Of a DNA stretch of 51,733 bases, positions 35,711 through 46,600 are shown piece after piece. The notes below the pieces were generated by a model. The model saw only the letters and a program-made list of their open reading frames with translations. It searched no databases and had not been told where the DNA came from. The stretch's first letter is position 1. Every line of letters starts with the position of its first letter. A program made the position numbers and the translations under genes. The stretch is from an uncultured Alphaproteobacteria bacterium (GTDB lineage: Bacteria > Pseudomonadota > Alphaproteobacteria > HIMB59 > GCA-002718135). Where the stretch lies: assembly GCA_902569865.1 (NCBI GenBank), contig CACFVT010000003.1:1-51733 (forward strand), in the 5' to 3' direction.

Positions 35711-36459
35711 AACTCTATAGTCATACCATCATATGAAGGTTCAATATTTTCATAACATTTTGATAATAACTCTTCATAATCCAAAAGAGCTGTCATATGA
35801 GTGAATAAAGTCTTTTTAGGTTTTAAATATTTAATGTATTCGTTAATTTGATCAAATCCTGCATGAGAAGGATGTGGATCATATCTAAGTAAACCGACAA
35901 TCCATAAATCTAAATCTTTTAATTTATCAATATCTTTTTCATAAAAGTTTTTTAAATCAGTTGAATATGCAAAATTATTAATTCTGTATGTTTGAACATC
36001 TATAGAACCATGATTATGTTTAAAAGTTTCAATTTTAGTATTACCGATATTAAAATTATCACTAATTGTCTTAAGTGACATAAATGGTGAATAATCTTTA
36101 TGGCCCTCAAAAATATATTTATAATTTTTAATCATGGACTTTTTTATGTCACTAGATAGAAATGCTGGAATTATTGATTGATTGATTAAGGACATTGCTC
36201 TCATATCTGGTAAACCTGAAGTATGATCTGAATGTTCATGAGTAAATAATACTGCATCAATTTTTGTACATTTTGCATTATATAACTGTGCACGTAAATC
36301 AGGACTTGTATCAATCAATAAATTCTGGTCATTGATATTGATTAAAACAGATGATCTAGTTCGATGATTTTTAGGATTATTTACATCAATATTGCCATTT
36401 CTATTCCATGCAAGTGGTGAGCCAAAAGAACCACCACAACCCAGTATTCTAACTATCAT
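35707..36459 (-). CDS. MBL-fold metallo-hydrolase
   Basis: 250 aa with HxHxDH motif (THEHSDH). Confidence 0.85.
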   Translation of the reverse strand: MIVRILGCGGSFGSPLAWNRNGNIDVNNPKNHRTRSSVLININDQNLLIDTSPDLRAQLYNAKCTKIDAVLFTHEHSDHTSGLPDMRAMSLINQSIIPAFLSSDIKKSMIKNYKYIFEGHKDYSPFMSLKTISDNFNIGNTKIETFKHNHGSIDVQTYRINNFAYSTDLKNFYEKDIDKLKDLDLWIVGLLRYDPHPSHAGFDQINEYIKYLKPKKTLFTHMTALLDYEELLSKCYENIEPSYDGMTIEL

Positions 36460-36464
36460 TAGAT

Positions 36465-37241
36465 TTAATTATCTCTTTTTACCCGAGAAAACAATTTGTA
36501 AAAATTATTATCTGTTAGTTCAAAAAAATTTTCTTTTGTCATTGAGTAAAATTTTGCAAGAAATTCGCCAGTGTATTTAACAAAAGATGGCTCATTGGAT
36601 TTACCTCTCATTGGTACAGGAGCTAAAAAAGGACTATCTGTCTCAATTAATAAATGATCTAATGGGGCATTAAGAATAATTTCCCTAAGAGAATTTGCGT
36701 TTTTAAAAGTTACAATCCCAGAAAGAGATATGTAATACTTATTTTCAATGCAGAATTCTAATAGTTTTTTTGAGCCAGTAAAACAATGAAAAACTATTTT
36801 TAAATTATCATTTTTAAATTTATTAAGAATCTTAATTATTTCATCTTCAGAATCTCTTTGATGAATAATTATGGGTAAATCATAAATTTTTGATGCTTCA
36901 ATATGAGCTTCAAATACTTCAATTTGTTTTTCTTTATATTTAATAGAATGATAAAAATCTAATCCAGTTTCACCTAGTGCTATCAATTTAGGATTTTTAA
37001 TTATTTTATCTATTTCTTTATAAGATAGAATTGTTTCATTGTTGATGCTTTCAGGATGAATACCATATGATATATAGATATTAGCAAAATCACTAATTAA
37101 ATTCAAATGAGTCTCAAAATCTTTTGGTCTAGTATTTATTGAAAGCAAATGTGTGACACCATTATTATTACATCTTTTCATAATATTTTGAAGATCTTTA
37201 CTTAAACTTTCAAAATTTAAGTGACAGTGAGAGTCAATCAC
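36465..37241 (-). CDS. tatD: TatD-family metal-dependent hydrolase
   Basis: 258 aa with IDSHCHL, GETGLDFYH and ETDSPFLAP. Confidence 0.92.
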   Translation of the reverse strand: MIDSHCHLNFESLSKDLQNIMKRCNNNGVTHLLSINTRPKDFETHLNLISDFANIYISYGIHPESINNETILSYKEIDKIIKNPKLIALGETGLDFYHSIKYKEKQIEVFEAHIEASKIYDLPIIIHQRDSEDEIIKILNKFKNDNLKIVFHCFTGSKKLLEFCIENKYYISLSGIVTFKNANSLREIILNAPLDHLLIETDSPFLAPVPMRGKSNEPSFVKYTGEFLAKFYSMTKENFFELTDNNFYKLFSRVKRDN

Positions 37242-38755
37242 AAATCAATTCGAGGAAAAAGTGGTTTGGGAATATTTAAATTAATTAATTCAGGTGAAAA
37301 ATTTACAATATTAGTTAAGGTTAAATTATCAATTGATAAATTATAAATATTAAGGGCTTTATCAATACTAGAAGGTATTACTGGGTATAAAAGTATTGAA
37401 ATTTTGATTGTTAACATTGTTACTAAGTATAAAACATCTTGCATTCTTTGATTATCTGTATTTTTTAATGACCAAGGGGCTTGACTGTCAACATAAGCAT
37501 TAACTTCTGATAAATAATCAAAAATATTTTTAAGGGCTTTATCAATTTGAAAAGAATTCATATTTTTAAGATAATGAAATAAAGTTTCATCAAATGATTC
37601 TAACAATTTTGTATCTATTTCTTTATAATTTGAAGGTTTACAAACTTTTGAGTCAGAATTTTTAATTATAAATGAACTTATTCTTTGAATTAAATTTCCA
37701 TAATTATTTGATAAATCTGCATTCACTCTTTGCGCAATTGCATCTTTTGAAAAATCACCATCATTTCCAAAAGGGACTTCTCTAAAAAGAAAAAATCTAA
37801 TTTGATCAAGACCATATTTTTCTATGATATCATAAGGATTTATTATATTTCCAAGTGATTTAGATATTTTTTGACCTTCATTAGTCCACCAACCATGAGC
37901 AAAAATTTGTTTAGGAGGCTCTAACCCTGCAGCCATTAAAAAAGCAGGCCAATATACTGCGTGGAATCTTAATATATCTTTTCCAACTACATGAATACCT
38001 GGCCAAAATTTTTTAAATGATTCATTAGCAGTATTTGGGTAATTTAATGCAGTGATATAATTGCAAAGAGCGTCAATCCACACATACATAACATGGTGCT
38101 TAGCATTTGGAACTTTAACACCCCACTTAAAAGTAGTTCTTGAAATTGATAAATCCTTTAAACCTCCTTTAATAAAGCTCAAAACTTCATTATACCTTGA
38201 GCGAGGAAGAATAGATTCAGGATTTTTTTCATAAAATTCAATTAGTTTATCTTCCCATTTTGATAATTTAAAAAAATAACTTTCTTCCTTTACCCAATCT
38301 ACTGGAGCTCCTGATGGAGCAATAAAGCCTTTATCAGTTTTTGTTAATTCTGATTCTAAATAAAATGCTTCATCTCTTATAGAATACCAACCTTCATAAT
38401 TAGATAAATATATTTCATCATTATTTTTTAATTTATTCCACAAAAATTGTGCAGAGATTTTATGTCTTTTTTCAGTAGTTCTTATAAAATCATCAATTTC
38501 ACATCCAAGATAAGGAATCAAATCTCGAAAATTTTGAGACATTTCATCAACAAAATCCTGTGTTTCTTTTTTATTAGACAATGCAGCCTTTTCTACTTTT
38601 TGACCATGTTCATCTGTTCCGGTTAAAAAAAAAGTTTCATCACCTTTTAATTTACTAAATCGTGATAAAATATCGCAAGCAATTGTAGTATAGGCATGAC
38701 CAATATGAGGAACATCATTTACATAATATATTGGAGTAGTAATAAAATATGACAT
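37238..38755 (-). CDS. metG: Methionine-tRNA ligase (short form)
   Basis: HIGH motif (PHIGHAYT) and KMSKS variant (KISKSLGN). 505 aa. Confidence 0.95.
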   Translation of the reverse strand: MSYFITTPIYYVNDVPHIGHAYTTIACDILSRFSKLKGDETFFLTGTDEHGQKVEKAALSNKKETQDFVDEMSQNFRDLIPYLGCEIDDFIRTTEKRHKISAQFLWNKLKNNDEIYLSNYEGWYSIRDEAFYLESELTKTDKGFIAPSGAPVDWVKEESYFFKLSKWEDKLIEFYEKNPESILPRSRYNEVLSFIKGGLKDLSISRTTFKWGVKVPNAKHHVMYVWIDALCNYITALNYPNTANESFKKFWPGIHVVGKDILRFHAVYWPAFLMAAGLEPPKQIFAHGWWTNEGQKISKSLGNIINPYDIIEKYGLDQIRFFLFREVPFGNDGDFSKDAIAQRVNADLSNNYGNLIQRISSFIIKNSDSKVCKPSNYKEIDTKLLESFDETLFHYLKNMNSFQIDKALKNIFDYLSEVNAYVDSQAPWSLKNTDNQRMQDVLYLVTMLTIKISILLYPVIPSSIDKALNIYNLSIDNLTLTNIVNFSPELINLNIPKPLFPRIDL

Positions 38756-38760
38756 AAGTA

Positions 38761-39741
38761 TTATTTAATAGCAAAAAAGTTAATCATAAATATTTTTTTA
38801 TCTAGATTAAAAGTGAATAAATCATTTTCATTATTTATCAAGTAATCTAATTTATTATCAATAGTATCAATTGTAATTTTTTCTGATAAATTTTCTATTT
38901 TTAATATTTTTTGAGATAAATAACTTTCATCAATATCTAATCCCATTTTCACTTTTTTAAATACAATAAGAATAAACTTAATTAGTGATAAAAATATTTT
39001 ATATTTTTCATTTTCAAAGTTACTAAAAAGATTAGTTATATTATTATTATTTACTGAAAATGTATCATTATCAATTATTGAATTTATTAACTGGTCAAAT
39101 ATATCTAAAATTATATCAATATTAAAGTTAAGTGATAAACCTGGGGAGCCATTAGTGATATCAAATAATAATTTAAAAATTTCATCATCAGTCTCAACAT
39201 TTTGAGAAATTAAAATTTTTTTGAAATTATCAAAATTATGTGAAGATAAATTAATTTTTAAACATCTAGATTTGATAGTAGGCAATAATGCAGATGGTTG
39301 ATGAGATATTAAAAAAAAATAAGTATTAGCTTGAGGTTCTTCTAATATTTTTAATAAAGCATTTGATGAGTTTAAGTTTAAATCATCAGCACTATCAATT
39401 AATATAAATTTTGGTAGATTTTCTATTATATTAGTTTCGTGATAAAAATTATTTAGTTCTCTTACTTGATCAATGACAATATTATTTTTAATTTTGTTTG
39501 TTTTTTCATCAATTTTTTTTTTTAATATTCTAATATTTGGATGTGAATTATTCTTTAATAAGGATAAATGATGACTAATTTGTTTGGGGTTAATTTTTAA
39601 ATTTATATAATCTTCAATAATTTTAGTGACAAAAAATAATTTACCTATTCCTTTGATACCACTAATTAAGATTGAATTATTTAATTTTTCTTCTGTTAAT
39701 TTATTTTTAATTATTTTAAATTCTTTTTCAAAACCTATCAT
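38761..39741 (-). CDS. holB: DNA polymerase III delta' subunit
   Basis: 326 aa AAA+-like N-terminus (GIKGIGK, LLKILEEP, SRC motif KSRCLKI). Conserved tmk-holB-metG order. Confidence 0.85.
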   Translation of the reverse strand: MIGFEKEFKIIKNKLTEEKLNNSILISGIKGIGKLFFVTKIIEDYINLKINPKQISHHLSLLKNNSHPNIRILKKKIDEKTNKIKNNIVIDQVRELNNFYHETNIIENLPKFILIDSADDLNLNSSNALLKILEEPQANTYFFLISHQPSALLPTIKSRCLKINLSSHNFDNFKKILISQNVETDDEIFKLLFDITNGSPGLSLNFNIDIILDIFDQLINSIIDNDTFSVNNNNITNLFSNFENEKYKIFLSLIKFILIVFKKVKMGLDIDESYLSQKILKIENLSEKITIDTIDNKLDYLINNENDLFTFNLDKKIFMINFFAIK

Positions 39742-40364
39742 TTTGTAAATATTAATGAATTTATATTTGAGATAATTTTTTTATGAATCTGATTAATTGT
39801 TTTGGATGCATCAATTTTTATGAATCTTTTTTTATTATAAATTATTTTATATCCTTTATTTACTTGATCATGAAAATTCTTATCTAATTTATCGTATTTA
39901 TTTTTTGATTTTCTTTTTTTTATTCTTGAAATTATTAATTTTGTAGATAATTTGAATAAAAAGGTTTTATCTGGTAAAAAATTATTTAAAATATTTTTAT
40001 GTAAATTTTTTGCATTTTGAATACCAAATTTATTTACATATCCTTGATAGACAAAAGTTGAGTCTGCAAATCTATCTGAAATAACTACCTTTCCTTTTTC
40101 TAGAGCAGGTAATATAACATTATTAATATGGTGGGATCTAGCTGCCATAAGCATCAATATTTCTTCTTCTATGTTTATGTCTGACTTAACCTTTAAAATT
40201 AGTTTACGTAGTGATTCTGCAATTTTTGTACCACCTGGCTCTCTTGTGCTAATAAAAGAAATATTATTTTTTTTTAGGTACTTTTTTAAAAGTAAGATTT
40301 GTGATGATTTACCACTAGCTTCTGGACCTTCAAAAGTTAAAAACAAACCTTTTCTTTTATACAT
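39738..40364 (-). CDS. tmk: dTMP kinase
   Basis: P-loop FEGPEASGKSS, TREPGGT and DRFADST. Confidence 0.95.
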   Translation of the reverse strand: MYKRKGLFLTFEGPEASGKSSQILLLKKYLKKNNISFISTREPGGTKIAESLRKLILKVKSDINIEEEILMLMAARSHHINNVILPALEKGKVVISDRFADSTFVYQGYVNKFGIQNAKNLHKNILNNFLPDKTFLFKLSTKLIISRIKKRKSKNKYDKLDKNFHDQVNKGYKIIYNKKRFIKIDASKTINQIHKKIISNINSLIFTK

Positions 40365-41490
40365 CTAAACTTGTACCAAAAATAAGATATTTAATAGCCG
40401 CAAAAATTTTTAAAATAGGATTTATAGGTCCAACATCATACTCAGCAATTAAGTCAACTTCTATATTTGGTTTACCATCAATTTCAATTAAAAGCTTTCC
40501 ATATGTATTTCCTTTTATAATTGGTGCTTCAATTGGTTTTGTATATTGAATTGAAGATTTAATTAATTGCAACTGATCAAATGAAAGAGTTGATATTACT
40601 TTTCTTGATGATATTAAATTTACCCTTGGTTTATTTCCCAGCCAAACGTCTGCTTTAACAATAAGCTGACCTTCATCAACTAGTTTCATTTTACTTGTTT
40701 GTGAAAATGCCCAATTAATCAAATTGGATGACTCATTCATTCTTGATCTAGAACTATTTGTTCCATTAATAACTACAGTAATTCGTCTATCATCTCTTCT
40801 AGCGGTAGCAGCGATCCCCCAACCTGACGCTTTTGTAAAGCCAGTTTTTAAACCATCAGCTCCTTGAACAGATTGCAATAACTTATTTCTATTTGGTTGT
40901 TTAATTTCGTTGTAAGTAAATTCTTCATCTGAAAAATAAAGGTATAGATTTGGAAAATCTCTTATAATAGCGTTTGATACGATAGCTAAGTCAAAAACTG
41001 TAGAATAATGATCATCTTCAGGCCAACCTGAAGAATTAACAAAGTTAGAATTATTCATTCCTAATCTTTTTGCATAAACATTCATCAATTTTGCAAAATC
41101 TTCCTCAGTACCAGCTAAACATTCTGCTAAAGCAACCGATGCATCATTACCGGATTGAATAATAATTCCCTTTAAAAGATCATCAATTGAAACTTTATCA
41201 TCTATCTCTAAAAATGTTCTTGATCCTCCCATTTTGTAAGCTTTTGCTGAAACTGTACACTCATTATTTATAGAAAGATCAGTATTTTTTAATCTATCAA
41301 AAGCTACATAAACTGTCAAAATTTTAGTCATCGATGCAGGAGGTGTTTTTAAATTATAGTTTTTTTCAAAAAGTATTTCATTTGTATCAAAATCTATAAC
41401 GATTGCCTGTTCAGCTTTTGTATCTATTGAAAAAGATTTTGTTGAAATTAAAAAAATTAATAAAATAAATGGGATAAATTTAATTTTCAT
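40357..41490 (-). CDS. D-alanyl-D-alanine carboxypeptidase (PBP5/6, S11 family)
   Basis: Signal peptide plus SxxK (ASMTK), SxN (QSGND) and KTG (LKTGFT). Confidence 0.92.
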   Translation of the reverse strand: MKIKFIPFILLIFLISTKSFSIDTKAEQAIVIDFDTNEILFEKNYNLKTPPASMTKILTVYVAFDRLKNTDLSINNECTVSAKAYKMGGSRTFLEIDDKVSIDDLLKGIIIQSGNDASVALAECLAGTEEDFAKLMNVYAKRLGMNNSNFVNSSGWPEDDHYSTVFDLAIVSNAIIRDFPNLYLYFSDEEFTYNEIKQPNRNKLLQSVQGADGLKTGFTKASGWGIAATARRDDRRITVVINGTNSSRSRMNESSNLINWAFSQTSKMKLVDEGQLIVKADVWLGNKPRVNLISSRKVISTLSFDQLQLIKSSIQYTKPIEAPIIKGNTYGKLLIEIDGKPNIEVDLIAEYDVGPINPILKIFAAIKYLIFGTSLDV

Positions 41491-41528
41491 AATATTATTT
41501 ATAGTTTTTATTTATGTTGTAAGTAAGA

Positions 41529-42452
41529 TTATTCTAAAATTATTTTATTCTCTTTATAGCCTTTACGAATAAATGTCGAAACTAATTTATTAGCAATATC
41601 ATTTTCAATTGGACCAATTATTAATTTATAAAATGTACCCATGTTTTCTGAAGTATATTTTTCTTTTAATTGAATTTCATTAATTATTTTCTGAATTTCT
41701 TGATAATTTTTAAAATTATTAACATGCAAATATAAGGTTAAATTTTCGACTTCTTCAAAACCAATTTCAATAGGTTGTTCAAGAATTTCATTTCCATTAT
41801 CTTCAATAATATCAGTATCTATATTGGTAATTGATACAATTTCTGTTGGAGCAGAATCAACAGTTGAATTAAAATTATCATCGTTAATTGACATAGTAAC
41901 ATTTTTCCATTGTTTTGATGGATCAGATAAAATTTCTACTTTAACTTTTGCTATTTTATTCTTATAAAATCTTAAAAGTTGGGCTACTTTTCTTGAAACT
42001 TGAATAATTGAAGCATTATCATCATGTCTATCAACTATTTTTATTGTTAATGATAAACCATTTTCTAAATTAGTTATTTTTACAATACTAGGTAAAGGTA
42101 AAGTTTTGTGTCTTCCAAGTAATTCTGTAACCTTATTTAAATCATTGTTTAAAGTTTTTTGATTATGTAAATCTTTATCATAATAAGTTGCAAGACCAAC
42201 TTCTTCATAGGCATAATTCTCCTTTGGAGTGTATTTTACTCCCTCAATATAATAAGGATCACCTATTAAATAAAAAATATTATTTTTTGAAAAATTTTCT
42301 TTTTTTGAGTCGTCTGATTTTTCAATATTTTTTTTAGCTTTTTCTTGAATAACATTTTTAGTCTTTTCTAATTTATCAATAACATTATTTTTTGAAATGT
42401 TTTCACAAGAAATCAAAATAAAAAAAAATAAACTAATTATTAATTTCATCAC
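41529..42452 (-). CDS. rlpA: Septal-ring lytic transglycosylase RlpA-family lipoprotein with C-terminal SPOR domain
   Basis: Lipobox LISC, DPBB region (GLATYY ... VKITNLENGLSLTIKIVDR) and a SPOR-like C-terminus. Confidence 0.85.
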   Translation of the reverse strand: MMKLIISLFFFILISCENISKNNVIDKLEKTKNVIQEKAKKNIEKSDDSKKENFSKNNIFYLIGDPYYIEGVKYTPKENYAYEEVGLATYYDKDLHNQKTLNNDLNKVTELLGRHKTLPLPSIVKITNLENGLSLTIKIVDRHDDNASIIQVSRKVAQLLRFYKNKIAKVKVEILSDPSKQWKNVTMSINDDNFNSTVDSAPTEIVSITNIDTDIIEDNGNEILEQPIEIGFEEVENLTLYLHVNNFKNYQEIQKIINEIQLKEKYTSENMGTFYKLIIGPIENDIANKLVSTFIRKGYKENKIILE

Positions 42453-43464
42453 TAAGTAGTCCTATGGAAATAGCATAATAAGATGAACAATTATAATATA
42501 AAATATTTTTATAATTAGGATAAACTAAAAACATTCTACCTTTTACTCCGTCTGGAGCTATCAAGCGTGCCTCAAGATCTAACCTTTTAGGAAGTTCTGA
42601 TTTTGTAATAGTTTTAAAACCTAAATTAGACCATTCTGGCAATGATTTAGCAATGGATCTTCTTTTTACAGCGCCACAACCTTTTGGATTTTCTTGCTGT
42701 AATGATGTGTATATTTCTTCAATATTTTCTGGAGGAACAACTTCTCTTCCCCAAGTACTGTCAATTGACCAAGGATTTTTATCTATCGAAGTTAAATAAT
42801 TTGCTGTACTTGCAAAGCCATCAGCATAACTATTCCAAATATCTATTCCATCTCCATCCCAATCATATGCACTTTCTAAGAAAGTTGTTGGTATCATTTG
42901 AGTCATACCAACAGCACCACCCCAACTGCCTATTAATTGACCTGATGGCACTAATCCATCATCAAGGATTTTTAGTGCTGCAAATAACTGCTTTCTATAA
43001 AAATCACTTCTTCTTCTATCGTAAGCTAGAGTTGTTACAGCTGTAATTGTATCAACTTTACCTTGATTACGACCATAAAAACTCTCCATTCCCAAAACAG
43101 CAACAATAAATCTGGGTTGAATACCAAAGTGCTGTGAAATTTTATTTAAAAGAATTGAGTGTTCTTCTAAAACATTTTTACCTGCAATTATTCTTGATTT
43201 ATCTACTCTATAGTACAAATATTCTTTTAAAGTAATTGTTGACTCAGGTTGACATCTATCCCTTAAAATTATTTTTTTTTGAGGTTTCACATTTGATAAA
43301 TATAAATTAATTGTTTTATCACTAATATTTTTTTCCTTAGCCTCTATACGAACATCTTTTAACCAATTATTCCATTCAGTATTTGTTGGCATTATTGGTT
43401 TTTCACAAGCTTTTAATGATGAGGATAAAAATATAATTAAAATAAAAAGATATTTAATAAACAT
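42433..43464 (-). CDS. Lytic murein transglycosylase (MltB/SLT_2 family)
   Basis: 343 aa with signal peptide, GMESFYG catalytic-Glu motif and GAVGMTQMIPTTF. Confidence 0.88.
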   Translation of the reverse strand: MFIKYLFILIIFLSSSLKACEKPIMPTNTEWNNWLKDVRIEAKEKNISDKTINLYLSNVKPQKKIILRDRCQPESTITLKEYLYYRVDKSRIIAGKNVLEEHSILLNKISQHFGIQPRFIVAVLGMESFYGRNQGKVDTITAVTTLAYDRRRSDFYRKQLFAALKILDDGLVPSGQLIGSWGGAVGMTQMIPTTFLESAYDWDGDGIDIWNSYADGFASTANYLTSIDKNPWSIDSTWGREVVPPENIEEIYTSLQQENPKGCGAVKRRSIAKSLPEWSNLGFKTITKSELPKRLDLEARLIAPDGVKGRMFLVYPNYKNILYYNCSSYYAISIGLLSDEINN

Positions 43465-43518
43465 TAATAAGAGATAACAAATTTTTCTAAATTCGTATAT
43501 TTTTATATCCTTTATATT

Positions 43519-43546
43519 TTGACTTTAATTTAATTAAAAGTATAAC
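43519..43546 (+). promoter_or_regulatory. Candidate sigma-70 promoter of tRNA-Ser (TTGACT-16 nt-TATAAC)
   Basis: Near-consensus -35 (43519-43524) and -10 (43541-43546). The tRNA 5' end lies 15 nt downstream of the -10. Confidence 0.45.
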
Positions 43547-43560
43547 GAATCGCACAAAAC

Positions 43561-43650
43561 GGAGAGATGGCTGAGCGGTTGAAAGCACTGGTCTTGAAAA
43601 CCAGCAAGGTGGCAACACCTTCCAGAGTTCGAATCTCTGTCTCTCCGCCA
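43561..43650 (+). tRNA. tRNA-Ser (anticodon TGA)
   Basis: Acceptor GGAGAGA/TCTCTCC, anticodon stem CTGGT/ACCAG with loop CTTGAAA, long variable arm, T-loop GTTCGAATC, encoded CCA. Confidence 0.93.
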
Positions 43651-43669
43651 TTCATAAATATTTAATAAA

Positions 43670-46600
43670 TTATTTTATTTGTTCTAAAATTTCCTTAGAT
43701 AACTTAAATCTACTTGTATTTAAATGCCCCTTAAAATCATAAAATATTTTTTGATCTGGCCTTAAAGTAAATTGACTATGTCTATTCATAGATAAATCTA
43801 ATAGTTTTTGAGGATTTGTTGGATTGTTTTTATAAAAACCAATGACAATGCCCTTCCTGTTAAATTCAAATTTATCAACATTATAGTCAATACAAAGTAT
43901 TTTAATTTCTATTAAGCTAAATAAATTATTTAATTGCTTAGGTATTGATCCAAATCTATCTCTAAGCTCAATTATTAAGTTAGATAATTCATCATTATTA
44001 TTTACACTAGATATTCTTTTATAGATTGAAAGTCTCAAATCCAAATCATCAATATAATCATCAGGTATAAAAATTTCTTCAGGTATTTTAATTGTTGGCT
44101 GAAATAAATTTCTTACTTCATTGTTATTAGATACTTTTTGTTTTTGTAAAAGTATTTCTTCCTCTAGCATCTGATGATAAAGTTCAGTGCCAATCTCTTT
44201 AATGAATCCACTTTGCTCCTCACCAATTATAGACCCACCTCCTCTCATATCTAGATCTTGTGCAGCAATATTAAATCCAGATCCTAAAGACTCTGATGAA
44301 TTAATTATTGATAGTCTTTTCTTACCATTATCTTTAAGTTCATTTTCTTTATAGGTAATATAAGCATATCCTCTTTTGGATGAACGTCCAACTCTACCTT
44401 TTAATTGATAGAGTGAAGCTAATGAAAATAAATTAGACCTATAAACTATGATTGTATTTACATGTGGTAAATCAAGACCATTCTCTATAATATTTGTACT
44501 TATCATCAAAGGAACTTCTTGATTATAAAACTTAGAGATTCTACTTTCCAATAAAGAAGGTTTTAATTGACCATGTGTTACAACATATTTAATATCAGGG
44601 AGATATTCTTTTAAAAAATTTTCAATAAATGGAATATCTTTTTTTCTTGGGGTTACAAAATAAACTCCATTTTTTCTTCCATACACCTCTCTTTTAATAG
44701 CTTCTTTTATTGTTAATTCATCAAATTTTGCAACATAACTCCTTACAGATAATCTTTCAAAAGGAGCAGTTAATATTAAACTTAAATCTCTTATACCAGA
44801 TAAAGACATAGACAGAGTTCTTGGAATAGGAGTTGCTGATAGTGATAGCACATGAGCATTTGGGGTTATATCTTTAAATTTTTCTTTTTGTAAGGTTCCT
44901 AATTTTTGCTCTTCGTCATAAATAATTAATCCTAGATTTTTAAATGATAATTTATCACTTAATAATGCATGCGTACCTATAAGAATATCAATTTTACCTT
45001 CAGCACAATCTTCAAAAATTTGTTTTTTTTCTTTTTGTGTTATTAAACGTGAAATTTCTGCAATAGTAATATTAAATAAGTTAAATCTTTTTAAAAAATT
45101 ATTATAATGTTGTCGGGATAAAAGAGTAGTTGGAACAAAAACAATTGACTGAATATTTGATTTTGCAGCAAGAAATAAAGCTCTAATTATTACTTCTGTC
45201 TTTCCAAAAGCAACATCCCCAACTATAAGTCTATCAACTGGTTTGCCAGATTCAAAATCATTTATCACATCATTAATAGCATTTAATTGATCGTCAGTCT
45301 CAACATAAGGAAAGGTGCTACAAAATTTATCATATTCAACATTATCAATATTCATTGGCAGAGATTTTGATTGAAGTCTTTTAGAAGCAATTTTAATTAA
45401 CTTTTTTGAAGCTTCTCTAATTTTCTTTTTAGCTTCTGCTTTTCTTTTTTGCCAGCTTGAAGCACCTAACCTATCTAGACTTATGGTATTCTCATCTTCA
45501 TTACCATATTTTGTAATATAATTAAGATTTTCAACAGGTAAGAAGAGTTTTTGATTATCTGAAAACTCTAACTCTAAACAATCATGAATAGAATCATTTA
45601 AATCAATCTTTTTGATATTATTAAATCTGCATATACCATATTCTGAGTGCACCAATAATGAACCTTGAGTAAGTTTATTTAATTCTTCAAAAAGAAATTT
45701 ATTTTTTTTACCTTTTGTTATTGATTTAACAGATAATGAATAGCCAAAAATAGTTTTTTCATTAATATAAATTATATTATTTTGCTCAAATGACTCTTCA
45801 AGCTTTAAAACAGAAATATATATATTATTATTATTAGATAAGTTAGATAAGTTTTTAATCTCAAAAGGTGAAATATATATATTTTCATTTAATATTTGAT
45901 AGACTTTTTCTAATGATCCTTGCGTATTACAGCAAATAATAATTTTTTTATTAGAATTAATATCAAAGTATTTTTTGATAAATTGGAAATCAATTTTTTC
46001 TCTAATTGAAGAAATATTATTTATTTTTTTTATATTTGTACCTATATAGCCTTCATTTTTAAATACTGATAACTTTGTTACTTTAAATTTATCTAGTATT
46101 TGATTAAAATAATTTTTTTCAATAAATAAATATTGTGGTTTTAGAAAAAAAGATTCATTAGAGTTACTTCTTGCTTCATAGTAATCATTTAAATTTTCTA
46201 TTCTTTCATCAAATAATTGAATGATATCATTATGAATGATCAATTTACTACTTTCACAATAATCAAATAATGTTTCTAAATTTTCATAAAAAAGAGGTAA
46301 AAATTGCTCACCTCCAGAAGGAGTTTGTCCAGATGAAAACAATTCATAAACTTGACTCTTTCTATAATTTGGAAATAAGGCTCTAAATTCAGTTCTAAAC
46401 CTTTCTAAGTTTTTATTATCAATAATTAATTCACTACTTGGATTTAATGTAAAAAAATCCATGTCAGATTCTTTAATTCTTTTTTGAGATATTTGATCAA
46501 ATTCAAAAATTGATTCAATGTAATCATCAAATAAATCTAATCTTATTGGTTTATCAAATTGTGGAAGAAAAATATCAATTAAAGAACCTCTTAATGCAAA

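Noticed and set aside
36392-36580. Plus-strand 62-aa ORF
   Set aside because: It spans the MBL/tatD junction antisense to both genes.
39513-39523. Run of 11 T (A11 on the coding strand) inside holB, with similar A9 runs at 3599-3607 and 42420-42428
   Set aside because: The runs are in-frame (Lys or Phe codons) and expected in an AT-rich genome. There is no evidence of frameshift or phase variation.
40171-40368. Plus-strand 65-aa ORF
   Set aside because: It is antisense to tmk.
42684-43046. Plus-strand 120-aa ORF
   Set aside because: It is antisense to the lytic transglycosylase gene and has no motifs.
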